DNA of 64,000 nucleotides. It comes from Octopus sinensis. Its lineage: Eukaryota. The first letter of the stretch is position 1. The number at the start of each line of letters is the position of its first letter. The position numbers were made by a program, and so were the translations under genes. The stretch is taken from NCBI RefSeq assembly GCF_006345805.1, contig NC_042999.1:37820001-37884000 (forward strand). Direction: 5' to 3'. The notes under the pieces are model-generated. The model was given only the letters and a program-made list of their open reading frames with translations. It ran no database searches and was not told the origin of the DNA. Of this stretch, positions 37,761 to 52,142 are shown piece after piece.

Positions 37761-38529
37761 GAGGAGAAAGGCTAATTTTTCCCTATACACAAGATTCATA
37801 TGACAGATATCTATGTAAAATTTTGGATAATAAACACGATGGGACTCCTTTTCCTCCCCAGATTGTACCGATTTTAATGCTAGCAGATTAGCATGAAAGG
37901 GTGTGCTAAGGGACTACTCTCTTTCACTAATTCCTTAAACTACACCACCTTGATTATTTTTTGAGTAAATTAACTGAAACAGAAGCAACATGACCGAGAG
38001 TTGGTTAAGGAGTAGATAAATATCCATATGCATTAGATGTGAACAGTGAACAACAGTGTATCGAAATAATGGAGCATTCTCCAATGTTCTGATCCGTCAG
38101 TAGTTTAAAAATGTATTATACAAAATACGTTCTGTGTGTGTGTGTGTCGTCTAGGATATTGGGCTTCCTCTATCCGATTGCGCTCAAATTTGATATGTAG
38201 ATACCGACGGTATCAGGGCCTGTATAAGTCTTGAAAAAATTACAAAAATCGATTCCAGTTGAGAATGCGATCGATAAAGCCGTTTTGTCCTGCCTTTTTT
38301 CCGTCAATCTGTACATAACTGCACCTTCCAGTTTTTGTTGTTTTTGTACTGCTTAAAGGCACATTTCTTTCCTGCCAAGCTTACTGTTTAAACCATGTTT
38401 CTATTCTCCCAGTCAACAGCCTTATCATTACTGGTACTTTAAACTCTTCGGTTGCATATTTGTGTGAATAAAATCATTTTTCTTTGGAATAGAAAAAAGC
38501 CTATCTTTATTTCTTCTTTTGCTGGTGTC

Positions 38530-38665
38530 TCAAATTTAGGTTAAATCTGTTTCTGAAAGGGGAGGCCTGTGGGACGGTCGGACAAGTTGTTTTAAGAAAA
38601 TTTTGTTTAAATGTTTGACAACTCAGCACCGTCCATTGGGCGGGGGGCTGGGCGTTTTGCTCGTA
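38530..38665 (-). mobile_element. Terminal fragment of an interspersed repeat, probable DNA transposon end
   Basis: Reverse complement of 63886-63996 (tacgagcaa...gtccgaccgtccca.aggcctcccctt). Confidence 0.65.
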
Positions 38666-41429
38666 CAGAAATAAAGATAGAAATGTGTGGTTACTATAGA
38701 TGCAACATGTCTGAATAAACATTTGTTTGTTTTTAAATCACAAGGTCGTAGGTTCCATTGAGCTGTTTGGCAAGAGAAGGTTAGCGTTTTAATTTTTTTC
38801 GTTATTGTGTCTATTCAACCCAAAACTGGTGAGTAAATTCAGGTAGACGGAAATCATTATACCTGTAATTGAAAAAGTACCGCGTTTTAAAGATGATTTT
38901 ACTGTTAGGGTTACATGGGTCAGCTGGATGCCAAACCACTTACATCCTAATTCAATGTGCACTAAATAAGTTGCATTTCATGAGACAACTTTAAGATGCA
39001 AATGCTTCCACGGAGTGTACTGAAATTCTCAACCGCCTATTTACGCTCATTACACTCATACAATCGCACATAAAAACACTCACCCACCCACCCACTCACT
39101 CACTCACTCACTCACTCGCTTGCTCACTCACTCACTCACCGCTCGGTTCAAAGTCTCCCTTGACCAGAAATGGCCTGAACTCTTTGCATGAACACCACCC
39201 TGTACATAACTCCATGTCCCCCTACATGGCCTTGCTTTTTGCCTTTTGAGCCAAAAAATTAACTTAACTCACTCACTCTCACTCACTCACTCACTCATTC
39301 ATTCACTCACTCATACCCTCTCTCTCTCGCACACACACACATACACACGCGCGCGCATACATATATCCACAGATACCTAAATGTTACTATAAAGGCACCG
39401 GGAAATTATGTTAGCAATCATCCCAAAATAATGAACGGAAAACTTGTTGTTTGCTAGTGGAGGTAGTTAGTTGAAGTTTCGCAAGTCGTACCCTGAGTGA
39501 GGCCTATGAAAACAAATGCATTGCAGAAATTAGAAGAAAAAGAGCAATGAAGAACGTAGGGGCTGCTGATAAAAACAACCAGATAGGTCTGGTTGAAAAG
39601 AGATGAACGTTGGGGTCATTAGAATCTGCTCGGACACAGATCTAGGCTTGATCGACCTAGGTCAGAGCACCTGAATCAGGATGTATGTTGTGAGATACAA
39701 AGCAACTAATGATAAAACACGATAGAACATCGACGATGTGTCCAAGTATTACATCTGTTCATGGATGCTGAACTATGGATAAACATAATCCTTCATTCAT
39801 TTTTCGACTTGCAATGAAAGAACTTTAAAACGTAAAAATAAAACTAAGTCAAATCGAAATTGCGCTTCTCTTGTTTTGAAAGTCGTATGATCCTTCTACA
39901 GATTACAATTTTAAAGTTGTATGAGAGGAAATATAAATATATTTGTGTGTAGATTCACTGAGTATGTTCTCGCAAGCATTAGTTTAAGTTATCTCACCAT
40001 TCAGTGATCATTCATTGTAATCCTATACTGTCCCTAGCCATTTTAAGATCTGGTCGTAACGACGGCATTATGCTTAGCTGGTGAGGTCTAATAAACCGAA
40101 ATAGATTCCAAATTGTCACTGCAGATAATTAATAACAAAGGTCAAACTAACCTTCCACTGGATTCTAATTTTCAACAAATTCAAATTAATTTTAATTCCG
40201 AGATTGTCCCCGGTGTCGTTTCTGACGGGAATAATTCATTAAGATAGGGATTTGCTCCTCCTCACTATAAAAGTTTAATTAAAATAAATTCGTTAATACA
40301 AGTTTCTCAAGCACAGCTTTTAATACTCATACGCTGTATGCTGTATTCTGTGAGTTTTTGTTTTTTCTGTCCCACATTATCAAGACTACACTAGCATGAT
40401 AATTTATTGTGAATACTGGCAGGTAAAGAATCAGTCTGATCGAGTTGATATGCGGGGATTCTCCAAGAAATGAAGCAGATAAGACCCGTCTAAGTCTAAA
40501 TTACAACTTTACGAGTGATAAACACATGTGTTCTCTGGAGCGATTAAAACCCCAGGTCTGGAGGTCAAATCAAGTACTAAAAGAGACGGACGATGCATTA
40601 GGCACCATGCAACCTCAACTCACCTAGCTACGATTGTATTGTTAGTAATAGATCCCATCGGAATCCAGTAGTAGCGTTAATCTAAAATATGCATTAGTGG
40701 TTAGTTGTTTGGGCTGACCAGATTAAATAGACAAGAGGCACACGTCATTTTAGAGCTGTTAATCTTCCAAAGTGCGAGACAATTGCCACTTTCTCTCCAG
40801 CGAACACTTTAAATGCTTTATCGCATAATCCTATTTCCAATATTTCTTTTCTTCACTATTTCTTTGTCACTACCCCCACCTCTCTCTCTCTCTCTTTCTC
40901 TCTCTATCTATCTATCTCTTTCTTCCAATTCCAGCCAGTTTAATCAAGTAATCTCTTAGAAAAAAAAAAACGAAAAACAAAAACAAAACAAGAACAAACC
41001 ACCCCAAAAAAAACTTCCTTTCTCGTTTAAGAAGAAAAATAGATGTTGCGGAATATTCAGAGAACTTTCGAAAATAGCAATAATAAGCTATCATTTTTCT
41101 CTCCAAATTTTGTCATTTCTCCTCTATTTATTTTCGCTTTATTTTCCTTTCTTCTTTTTCCACATTCTTTGTTTTTTTTTACTTTTATAATTTTGTTTTT
41201 ATATTTTTATTATTTTCTTTCTTTTGTTTTATCATTCTATTTGGTTTTTTTTTTTTATATAAAGCCTATTCTGTATTTATTCACTTTCTTCATTTCATTT
41301 CTTTGTACCATTCTGCCGATGACTTTCTTATTTTATTCATTCAGTTTCCTTTTTTTTTTCATTGCGTCATTAATCACTTTCTACATTCATTGCGCACCAT
41401 TACTATCATTCCCTTACATTAAACCAAAC

Positions 41430-41464
<35 letters not shown>

Positions 41465-42545
41465 CACACACACTCACACACACACACACACACACACACA
41501 CGCGCGCGCACACGCACACACGCACAAATACACACACATATATATACATATATATACAAATATACACATAACAGGAGAGATGCCACCTTTTTTCTTTCCA
41601 GGTTGTTTGCTCGATTCATAGCTTCAGTGTCCGCTTTGGTGTCTCAGAAACTACTGAAGCGAGGGGGTCCAATAATGTTATCAATGATTACTAGCTAAAA
41701 TAAGAAAAAAAATGTTGCTTTGTCGTTATACTTGTTGTGTTATAATTTTGCTTTTTACCAAGTTATTTGGCTGTATGCGGTATAACTAATATGAAAAACC
41801 GAAATGACTTACAAGAAAAACGAAAGAGCAATAGAAATACTGGATACAGGAAAAGACAAAAAAACGAAAACGAAATATATGACACGGGAAACGAAACGAA
41901 ACAGAACTAAATTCACAAAACAACAACAACGCCACAAAGCAACAAAACAACGACGACACAAAGTAACAGCAACAATGACACAAAGCAACAACAACAACAA
42001 CGACCATAATAATAACAACAACGCTATCAGATATCAGTAGTGATGGTCGTGGTGGCAGTGGTTGCTATTTATTTCTAGATCAAACCTGACAGAACAAGAC
42101 CTATTATAAATGCCGTTCTCGCCTTGAATATCTCATTTGAATTATTGTATATTTAGGAGTACATTATTCAGTGTACTTTCCCATTTTTTCCAAAGACAGA
42201 CTCACTCCCGTGCTACTTACCTTGTCTCTCATTAATCTCGCTGTGTGCAATGCTCCAGGTAAAGTACTAATCGCTGCGCTCAGACTTTTCCTTCCACAGA
42301 ACGTCAGTCATTTTCAAATTTCGTTTTTTTTTGTAGGAATGACATCAATCTCAAACTAGGAGAGCCTTCAAATGCCTTGAGAATTATATATTTTTGTTCA
42401 AACACATTGAGTGAGCTTTGGTTACTCTTTTTAGGTTGAGTAACCATGCGGTAGTCCCCTCTTTAGATTTAATTATTGATGATTATAACAGTTATTCATA
42501 GCAAAATAAATTTAAATATTTCAGAATAAATTAACGGCCATATAT

Positions 42546-42920
42546 ACTCTTTTACTCTTTTACTCTTTTACTTGTTTCAGTCATTTGACTGTGGCCATGC
42601 TGGGGCACCGCCTTTAGTCGAGCAAATTGACCCCAGGACTTTTTCTTTGTAAGCCTAATACTTATTCTATCAGGCACTTTTGCCGAACCGCTAAGTTACG
42701 GGGACGTAAACACACCAGCATCGGTTGTCAAGCGATGTTGTGGGGGTGGGGGACAAACACAGGCACACAACCATATGCACACACATACATATATACGATG
42801 AGCTTCTTTCACTTTCCGTCTACCAAATCCACTCACAAGTCTTTGGTTGGCCCGAGGCTACAGTAGAAGACACTTGCCCGGAACCATGTAGTGGGTAAGC
42901 AAGCTACTTACCACACAGCT
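42546..42920 (-). mobile_element. SINE family A
   Basis: (tactcttt)3 tail and head ...gctacttaccacacagc. Confidence 0.9.
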
Positions 42921-43064
42921 CCGAACACTAATTTACTTTCTCCTATATTTGTCAGACCTTTTGTAAATATTGACCAAGTATTTCTTACGATTATGTAATG
43001 GAGTGGGAGAGGATTTAATTTCTTTTCATATATTTTATTGTAATACTCATTAAAATAGATGTAT

Positions 43065-43792
43065 TACGTGGGTGAAGACCTTCTTTAGCTTGGAGTACCG
43101 GTGTTTCTCTTTTCCCTAACCACTGCCTTCGGCGCTCGACAGTTTTATAGAGAGTCCATTTCTTGTCACCAGTCACTACTCAGTCCAAAAAAGGTTCATT
43201 CGTGGGACGTGATGACAAAGAAGAGGACACATTCACTCTCTGCGCGCGATTAGACTCGAAAAGTTTGTGAGGAACCCATTGACCTAATTTGCTAACTTTT
43301 CCGATGGCACACAGGTGTGAATGAATGGTTCAATAACCAAACCCAAGCTTCTCTGGTAGTCGCTCAATAGTTACGATGGGATTTTGTTCCATCAGGGTCT
43401 GCAGGACGTCCTCACCAAGCTCTACAGATCTTCCAGAATGAGGACTGTCTCCTAGGGTGTAGTTTCCGAAACGGAATTTCTGAAACCACCGTTGACACTG
43501 CCTTACGCTTATTGTCGCATCTCCGCATACTGCATTAATATTCCTCGCACTTTCTGTTGCGTTTTTGCCTTTATTGAACTCGTAAAGCAAAATATGCCGA
43601 ATATACTCCTTTGACAGTTCCATTATAGCTCTGAAAAAATCGAAGTTCACACTTCAAAACCTGCACGAAGAATAAGAAACACTAAAATTACTACCTATTT
43701 TTATTGTAAGTTGATGCAAGTAGTTTATCTCATCTCCCCGCGACTTTTAGTTCATGCAATTGAAAAATCGCATTATTTATGGGATGACCTAA
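43065..43792 (-). pseudogene. Mariner element, 5' half (TIR plus transposase N-terminus)
   Basis: TIR ttaggtcatcccataaataatgcg next to TA; MELSKEYIRHILLYEFNKGKNATESARNI...QRWFQKFRFG...WVPHKL...VVTGDKKW...LHP. Confidence 0.9.
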
Positions 43793-46004
43793 TATTTTAT
43801 TCCTTGTACTTATAGTAAAAAAGGATATTATGGAAGACCGGAGAGAATGGTTTATATATCTCAGTGATTTGAATTTTAGTTCTGATTTTCAATAATTTCT
43901 GCATGAACTTATGGATTAATAATATCGATAAGTTGTTCTCTTTAGTAAAATACTACATTTGAGGTTACTACAAAAATAACATTATTAATGTATTAAAAAA
44001 CCTGACGTAAATGAGATGTTAAATTATGGAGAAGCTTCTTGCTCAATGAAGATATATTTCTTGTAGTAGAGATTTTATGTGTGTTAAGCTAATTGTGAAC
44101 AGGTCACGGTGGGCGGTTGCATCCAGATTTCAGAATTAAGATTTGAATCCAACGGCAGGGCAGGGGAGACAAATGGTGGATTATGCGTTTAGGCTAAACT
44201 ATTATCTTGTCACTACATGTTCACGAAAGCTTGGTAAATTGGCTGTAGATTTGACTGTGCTACCTACAACATATGGATACGCTGGTAACGTCATTTAACT
44301 CATCATTTATGAAGCGGTAATGTTATTCTTTATCATATAGAAATGCAGAGAAGCCAGAATATCAAAGAAATTCTGAAATAGAATTTAATAATCGTAAGAA
44401 AGGCAAATCTCGTTTTCATTTTCCGAGCTTATTTTATAAAGGTTCTCATAATAAATGGAAAAATTGAAGGAGATATTTCAATGCAATTATCTTTTCAAAA
44501 TTCTACCTGATGTAAAACTCAGAATTATTTTATTTTGTCTGTCTTTTTAGCCCACAATGAACTCACTATGTCGAGTAGATTATTTTACAAGGTGTTTTGC
44601 CTAATTTTAGTAGATTTTAAAATCCAGCTTTAACAAAGATAAGTGAAAATCATTTTTATTTGTTAATTTATATTATTTAGTTTTTCAATCTATTCTTTTG
44701 TACAAACACCGGTAATGCAATGAAAAGGTTTCCATACATGCATTTACAGGAAAGACGTTGTAAAAGGTTTTCTGTTTTAAATTCCCACTTTAAATTTCGT
44801 TAAACTGTGAGAGATATCTAACAAATAAATTCTCTCTAAAATGTCTTTATATATTTCTAAGTTTGATACATTATCAGTAATAGTAGTCGCCGTCTTCTAT
44901 TATAGAAAATAAGAGCGACTGTAACACCGTGTGTTACTGTCTCTCTCATTCTATTAGTTTACAGCTTTGCGATATTTTAAAAGTGTTCTTGATTTGTTTT
45001 TCTAACGTAAGTTAGATTGTTCTGTGTATTTTATTGTTCTCACATCACGGAAAAGGAAGAGAGTTGAATTATTATGTATCTTCCCATTTAGGGGAAGAAA
45101 TCCAGTATCTTATTTATTTTTCTATCTTTCCCGCAATATTTTTTGTTGCAATGTTGCAACGATGGCGACGTTGAAAGATGTTTCCCAAAATAGTAATGGC
45201 GAATTTCTTCATTGGGAGGAAAATAAAAATAAAATGGAAACATTTTATGTATTAATAATATTTTCCACAATAACAACGCAACAATAACGTTAATAGCAAT
45301 ATGTCCATTCATTATTCATTCTTAATACGTCCTGACAGATTCGAACGTGAATATGTGCCAGAACGTATTGACAATGAATAGATACGTTATTGTTTGGATT
45401 CTCAGAGTTCTGCGTGTATCTCATAAATAATAATAATTTTAGGAAAAAAGAACAAAAACACACACCCTCAAAAAAAAAAAAGAAACACATACATACACAC
45501 AAAATTAAAACGATGAAGTAAATACATGTGAAAATGAATGTGACAACAATGCCAACGACAACCACATCACAGACACAATAGGGGGTCATCTATGCGGTTA
45601 CTTAGCCTACTAGAAATAGCATCCAAATCCCCGTGAAATCACAACTGTCTTAAGAACAAAAGTGCAAATTAGTCCTCGTTAGAAAAAAAAAAATCTGTGC
45701 TATTACATTTTAGTACATTTGATCATATAGACGTTCATGTGATAGATATGATCTAGGGCAAAGACCAACAGCAGCAATAACAATACTAACAACAATGGCC
45801 GCAGGGTTACTTGAGTGGAAGTAGCCGAACAAATATTTATACGTCAATTAAGAAAATGCACACACACACACACACACACACACTCACGTAGATGTATATA
45901 TTGTACGAAAATGAAGTCAACTGGGACTTTATAATAAATTTAATTCTGCCTTCATTATAGAGGTTCATCATGAGTAAATGTTCAGTTGCTTATCTTAAAA
46001 ATGG

Positions 46005-46389
46005 GGAGGCGCAATGGCCCAGTGGTTAGGGCAGCGGACTCGCGATCATAGGATCGCGGTTTCGATTCCCAGACCGGGCGTTGTGAGTGTTTATTCAGCG
46101 AAAACACCTAAAAGCTCCACGAGGCTCCGGCAGGGGATGGTGGTGATCCCTGCTGTACTCTTTCACCACAACTTTCTCTCACTCTTACTTCCTGTTTCTG
46201 TTGTACCTGTATTTCAAGGGGCCGGCCTTGTCACTCTCTGTGTCACGCTGAATATCCCCGAGAACTACGTTAAGGGTGCACGTGTCTGTGGAGTGCTCAG
46301 CCACTTACACGTTAATTTCACGAGCAGGCTGTTCCGTTGATTCGGATCAACCGGAACCCTCATCGTCGTAACCGACGGAGTGCTTCCAT
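46005..46389 (+). mobile_element. SINE family B, full length, 12-bp TSD
   Basis: atcttaaaaatg at 45992-46003 and 46392-46403; A and B boxes intact. Confidence 0.95.
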
Positions 46390-46869
46390 CCATCTTAAAA
46401 ATGATTTAAAATTTGCATTAGTTTCAAATTTACACACAGATACACATACACACATGTGCTCGCACATATGGACAATGCTTTCCCGTCAACTTTTCGACTT
46501 ATGCATGATGGCCTAAAATTGTAAAGAAGTCTGTCAGAAAAAAGGATTAGGGCTATTAAATCTAATTTCACGAGGGCAAACGTAAAATGTTTATAATATC
46601 TAAGTATTCTACATAAGTAGTGTATGGAAAATCTACTTAATCTGGATATGATAATTATGTTAAAGGAACTGAGGCCATTCATTACACATCTGAGAAGGGT
46701 TCTCTATTTTGCCTTCGAGTTTATAGCTTTTCTAGTTGGAGTCATTTGTGAAGATAAAATGTATTTATGAAATCTGTATCGAAGAAGTTAATGCTTGTGA
46801 AATGTAAGCAATTATTTTTGTTTGAAATCTTATGGCAATAACGACAGTTAGACCTTCAGTTTCCCGTAG

Positions 46870-48815
46870 ACACGGTTGCTGCTTGACTATATCCACAATG
46901 GAGCATTGGGAAATTCCAGCCTATATGGATCTGCTAGCTCAAAGCAGCTTAGCAGCTCCTGGAACCAAAGATTACCTTTTCTATCTGTAAACGAGCCAAC
47001 ATAATCATCGCGTGCGTCGCAGATTGCTTTGCAGTCTCCTAGCACAACTAAAGTATGTGATGTACCAAGAAACTTCTCCCGGTTCCGAAAATACTCGCTT
47101 TGACCAGTTGACGTGGGTGCGTAAATTGCAACCAGTCTGATAATCTTACCACGGCTGAACGTCAGGTCCATGACGAACAGCCTACCTTCTAGATCTGAAA
47201 AAAATTAATTTTTTCTCAGAAACCTGGTTTCTTTTAAATAAGACCAACACCCCGCTTCCCTTAGAAGGACAACCCGGAGAGAAAAAACTCTCGTAACCAT
47301 CCAACAGCAGCGAACAGATCTGTTGGCCCCACTTAACCGGGTTTCTGTAGCAATAACATCCAAATTATGCGACCTGATATTATTAAGGAAGGGACCTTGC
47401 TTCCAGCCTGACACCAAGCCACGCACATTTATACAACCTACATGAATGCTAGACATGACTTACCTCCCGTCAGTTATTCGAGGAGGATTCGCTTTCCTCC
47501 TCTTTTTCTTTCTCTCGGGCTCGTGGGTTTTTTCTTTTTACACAGGCCTTCGTAAATGTATGGAGAATAGTCCATCTTGAGAAGGCCCACGTCGTGAAAA
47601 AATTCGGACCTAATCCGTTCGTAATCCTTCCGGCCTATCCTGTAAATAAGAAAGTCTTCCGATGAAGTTTTTTCTACTCGTTTGGCAGATGAAATAGCTG
47701 CCAAACGGTTAATCTGTCTGTTGTTGAATACCTTAATGGCCATATAGTAAATGTTTTTTCTTTTCCGTTTTTTTTCTTTATTCTTAGTTTGGTAGGGGCG
47801 GTCTGTATTTTTTCTTTCTTTTTTTAAAGACAGTTGATCACCTCTCCACTTTATCTTTATTGTCGCTCTCTTCCTCTTGTTTTGGTGGTGTTGGTGTCGT
47901 CTCTACTGATGTAAGTGACGCTTACACTGTTGTTGTTCCTTCTTCCTGCACTTTTTTTGCGGGTTTGCATTCGGACCTTATATGGCTGCAGTTAAAGCAT
48001 CTAGGCTTGCTGCTTTCTACGAAGACGATCAGCCTCTCTTCTGCGATGTTTATTATTTATGGAATTTCTTCCAGCTTAGGGACTTCTGCTTGAATTAACA
48101 TGTTCAGGTATTTCCCCCTCCAATTTAGTTATTGCACCAATGTGGCCTAGAAAATGGTTATTTTTTCCTCAAGGTCCATTATTATAGCCGCATCTAACCA
48201 GGCAGCATCTACTTCCGGAGGAATGTTAGTAACTTTTATTTTCAATGCTTCTCTTCCCATATATATGTGGGAAGAAGAACCACCTCCTCGGTTCTCAAAT
48301 GTTTTGAAGAGTGCCGTCTGGCTACCTCCTCTGATGTGAACCTCACCTCGACCGTTCCAAATCTTTTGCCTCTAGTCATGTACATTATATCCGACCATAT
48401 CTGTTTAAGGCATTTTTCAATAAATTTTTCCTCAGTTTTATCTATTAGTTTTTTTTTATCACGTTGTAGGTCTTGTAAATAATTCCTTTTCTGTTTACTT
48501 GCTCGGTTGTTTCTGTTGGAGGGGCTACTTGTATTTCCGTCTCCTCCTTTTTTAACATTGGCATAAACTTTTAAAACTATTTTTATCAGTGTTGATGTTT
48601 CTCTCCTTTCCTTCTGCCTCGGCAAAGTTTAACATTTTGGGCGACACCACCGGTGACTTTTTCTCTTCACCTGTTACGAACACAGGCATATCAATGATTA
48701 ATTGATTTGGTGACTCCATGATGTTGTTTTATTTAACAAAACAAAATTTACGGCTAAACGCCGAACACAAAAATTTGGGCTTACGCCCCACAGAATTGGT
48801 TCGAAGCCGCACAGT
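46870..48815 (-). pseudogene. Tx1/L1-clade LINE 5' portion: ORF1 and AP-endonuclease start of ORF2
   Basis: ORF1 pieces RGKRFGTVEVRF...KVTNIPPEV...KPRCFNCSHIRSEC (shortened zinc knuckle); ORF2 MSSIHVGCINVRGL...IATETRL...RLVAIYAP...VVLGDC. Confidence 0.88.
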
Positions 48816-49534
48816 ACAACAATAATAATAATAATTCCCCGGCAGGGGGAATTGAAAAAAAGCTGCTACAACGATAATAAACATCTATCTATCTATCTAT
48901 CTATCTGTTTGTTTGTCTGTCATTTGGGGCACATGGTGAATTGACAGAATGGCAGGAGCATTTTGCGGTGTTATTATTACTTCTTTATGTTCTGTGGGCA
49001 GATTTGCTTTCCATTCTTCCTAGGTCGACAAAATGATTCACCATTCCAAGATTATGTATTAGAGGAATTGTTAGAATTTTGGACAAACAGATTTAAGGTA
49101 CGGCCTGAGTAGCGTGGTGGATTCTGAGAATCCAGGTAGGTATCTGTGTCTAGTCAAGAAGATAGTCTTGTAAAAAAAATAAGAAAAGTACTCTGAGTAA
49201 GGTAATAAGAAAACATCTAATCATCTTTGTACTCTCCCAGGAAACTTTCATGGAAAGATCATAGCACTTACCAAGAAAGTCAGCAAGTATCGTAAGTTAG
49301 CCTGGCGATGCTGAAAACAAAAGCAAAGCAAATCCCGTGTGGTAATCGCATTTTTTACTGCCACTTTTTGCTTCTCATTCTGTCTCTCTTCACCGTTTAC
49401 TTCTCGCACTCCCAATTTCGACGATGAATTTTTTAGAGAAGGTCAAATAAATTTGCATAGCGTAGATCTTACCATCAAACCACAGGTTTCTAGACAAAGA
49501 TATTGCTGTTGTGGTTGAAGAGAAATTAACATAT

Positions 49535-49765
49535 AAGGCGGCGAGCTGGCAGAAACGTTAGCACGCCAGGCGACCTGCTTAGCCGTATTTCGTCTGTCGT
49601 TACGTTCCGAGTTCAAATTCCGCCGAGGTCGACTTTGCCTTTCATCCTTTCGGGATCGATAACTTAAGTACCAGTTACGCACTGGGGTCGATGTAATCGA
49701 CTTAATCCCTTTGTCTGTCCTTGTTTGTCCCCTCTGTGTTTAGCCCCTTGTGGGTAGTAAAGAAA
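49535..49765 (+). mobile_element. SINE family C, full length
   Basis: High similarity to 15918-16153. Confidence 0.92.
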
Positions 49766-49837
49766 TATATATGTAGCCCTAGATATATTCATGAATAAAC
49801 GGAATGTTGTTATTTAGCCGTAGGTCAATTAGATCGT

Positions 49838-50118
49838 AAGGTCGCAAGTTTGATTCCCGGCGGCGCGTTGTGTCTTGGAGCAGGACACTTTATTTCACGT
49901 TGCCCCGTTCACTCATCTGGCAAAAATGAGTAGTTCCTGTATTTCAAAGGGCCAGCCTTGTCGCATTCTGTCTGTGTCACGCTGAATCTCTCTGAGAACT
50001 GCGTTATGGCTACACGTGTCTGTGGAGTGCTCAGCCACTTGCACGTTAAATTTACGAGTGAGCTGTTCCGTTGATCGGATCAACTGGAGCCCTTGTCGTC
50101 GTAAGCGATGGAATACCA
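49838..50118 (+). mobile_element. SINE family D with tail X, 5'-truncated
   Basis: gttgtgtcttggagcaggacactttatttcacg...ggcaaaaatgagtag then gtatttcaaagggccagcc. Confidence 0.85.
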
Positions 50119-50942
50119 GTCAATCAGATCCTACATAGAGCCAAATAGCATCACAGCATTTCTAATACGACTCAGTAAAGTCACTCGACATAAAAGAAAC
50201 AATAGACAAGTCCCATTCAAATCATACTGTACTCTGGTATATGATATCATTGACCCGTGGAAATAAGGAGACAGAACGGATACATTTTGAATGCCTTATA
50301 TATTGATCTGCATGATTACAGTTACCTACGTCGAAACAAAGACGAGAACAACAATATCTCTTGCAATATTTTAAACCCTACAGCTGAAGAAATCAGATAT
50401 ATCCACTCGAAATTTCATCACGCTTAACAGCTAAAAGCAGTTTTGCATGCCAGTCTATCTTTTGTTAAGAAATGTCTCATGTTTAAAACCATTTTTTGTT
50501 AAGATATGTCAAGTTTTTTGAGGCAAAGTATTTTTCAGGAAATTGTTTCGTAGATAATGAACATAATTATTTGAATAAACATGAGATTTAATTTTATTGT
50601 TAAAGGTTCCACTAAATTCATAATTTTACTCTCAGAATTTACTCGTAATTGTTCATCTTTTTGTTAGCAGGTAACGGAATATCCTTGTCCTTTATAGTGT
50701 GTTGGAGACTTGTAGGAGGGAGTGACGAAAGAGGGAGGAAATTATCCTAAACCTGGAAATCTCTCACTCAAAGTGTCAGGTACTAGTATTAAACTGGGTT
50801 ATGGATGAAGTTTGAAACTCATTTAGGCCATGGCGGAATTTGAACTCAGAATGAATAGAGTTGAACCCAAAATTATGGCAACCAGTCCCATAACAATCTC
50901 GTCAATCTACTACGTGTGCTTGGTATTATATATATTTTTTTG

Positions 50943-51354
50943 ATTAGGTGGCGAGCTGGCAGATACGTTAGCACGCTGGGCGAAATGCGTAGCAGTATTT
51001 TGTCTGCCGTTACGTTCTGAGTTCAAATTCCGCCGAGGTCGACTTTGCCTTTCATTCTTTCGATAAATTAAGTACCATTTACGCACTGGGGTCGATATAA
51101 TCGACTTAATCCGTTTGTCTGTCCTTGTTTGTCCTCTCTGTGTTTATCCCCTTGTGGGTAGTAAAGAAATTGCATTTCGTCTGCCGCTACGTTCTGAGTA
51201 CAAATTCCGCCGGGGTGGACTTTGCCTTTCATCCTTTCAGGGTCGATTAAATAGGTACCAGTTACGCACTGAGTTCGATATAATCGACTTACTCCGTTTG
51301 TCTGTCCTTGTTTATCCCCTCTTTGTTTAGCCCCTTGTGGGTAGTAAAGAAATA
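50943..51354 (+). mobile_element. SINE family C, partial dimer, 21-bp TSD
   Basis: ggtattatatatatttttttg at 50922-50942 and 51355-51375. Confidence 0.92.
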
Positions 51355-52142
51355 GGTATTATATATATTTTTTTGCTTCGACTTCTAAAATATAAAAGCA
51401 AAGTTGGTCCGAGAACTCAGAGCGTAGAGAATCGAAACGCTTGCCGTGCTGTAGTCTGTCTAATGCGTTAACGTCTTTACCAGCCTATGATTTCGCGTAG
51501 TAGATTTCCAAACAGGCATTCTAAATGCGTGGGTTTATATGCATATGTGTATACCTGTGTGTATGTATATGTAGCGTATGTGTGTGTGTCTGTTCATTTG
51601 TACGTGTATATGCGTATATTTAGTGATGCAGTTCTGCATATTTTTCTGATGTGTTCTTCCTTCTTTCTGTGTATCTATTTATTTCCTATCGATACTATGT
51701 ACTTTCTTATCGTATATAAACTTATATTCTTTATTATTTGCGACAAAGCATTATCTATAGGAATATTGGGTATTGGTAAAAATAATAGATATCGGAATTT
51801 TTCTCCAATAATGACGTCTTTTGTTTTTAAAGCAGGTTCTTATTTATATATTTACATATCTGCATTTATGAAATTTATTAACTGAACTCTATATATCATA
51901 CTCGTCATCTTTCCCAATATATATTTTCCTCCGTACTTTCTTCAGAGGACTCTTCTTACGCAGACACTGGCAAAGTAATTTATTTAAGAAGTTTACTCAC
52001 ATCGCAATGCTATGGTAACGGGTTCGCGAGAGAGTCATTAGTGTGTTGGACAAAATGCTTTGCGGTACTTTCTTCGGCTCAGTACTCCGAATTCCAATTC
52101 CGTCGAGACCAACTTATATATATATATATGTATATATATATA

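Noticed and set aside
37256-37799. Phe/Leu-rich membrane-like ORFs (also 41043-41621)
   Set aside because: Low-complexity A/T-skewed sequence.
38140-38330. Possible Helitron/Helentron-type internal segment
   Set aside because: Only a stylistic resemblance; no termini and no second copy in the window.
39420-39780. Possible very old LINE fragment
   Set aside because: Translation similarity too weak to support by eye.
46014-46340. 108-aa ORF recurring at 6352, 35603 and 62023, and a tRNA-like 5' end
   Set aside because: SINE family B sequence; no complete cloverleaf, and it is bounded by a TSD.
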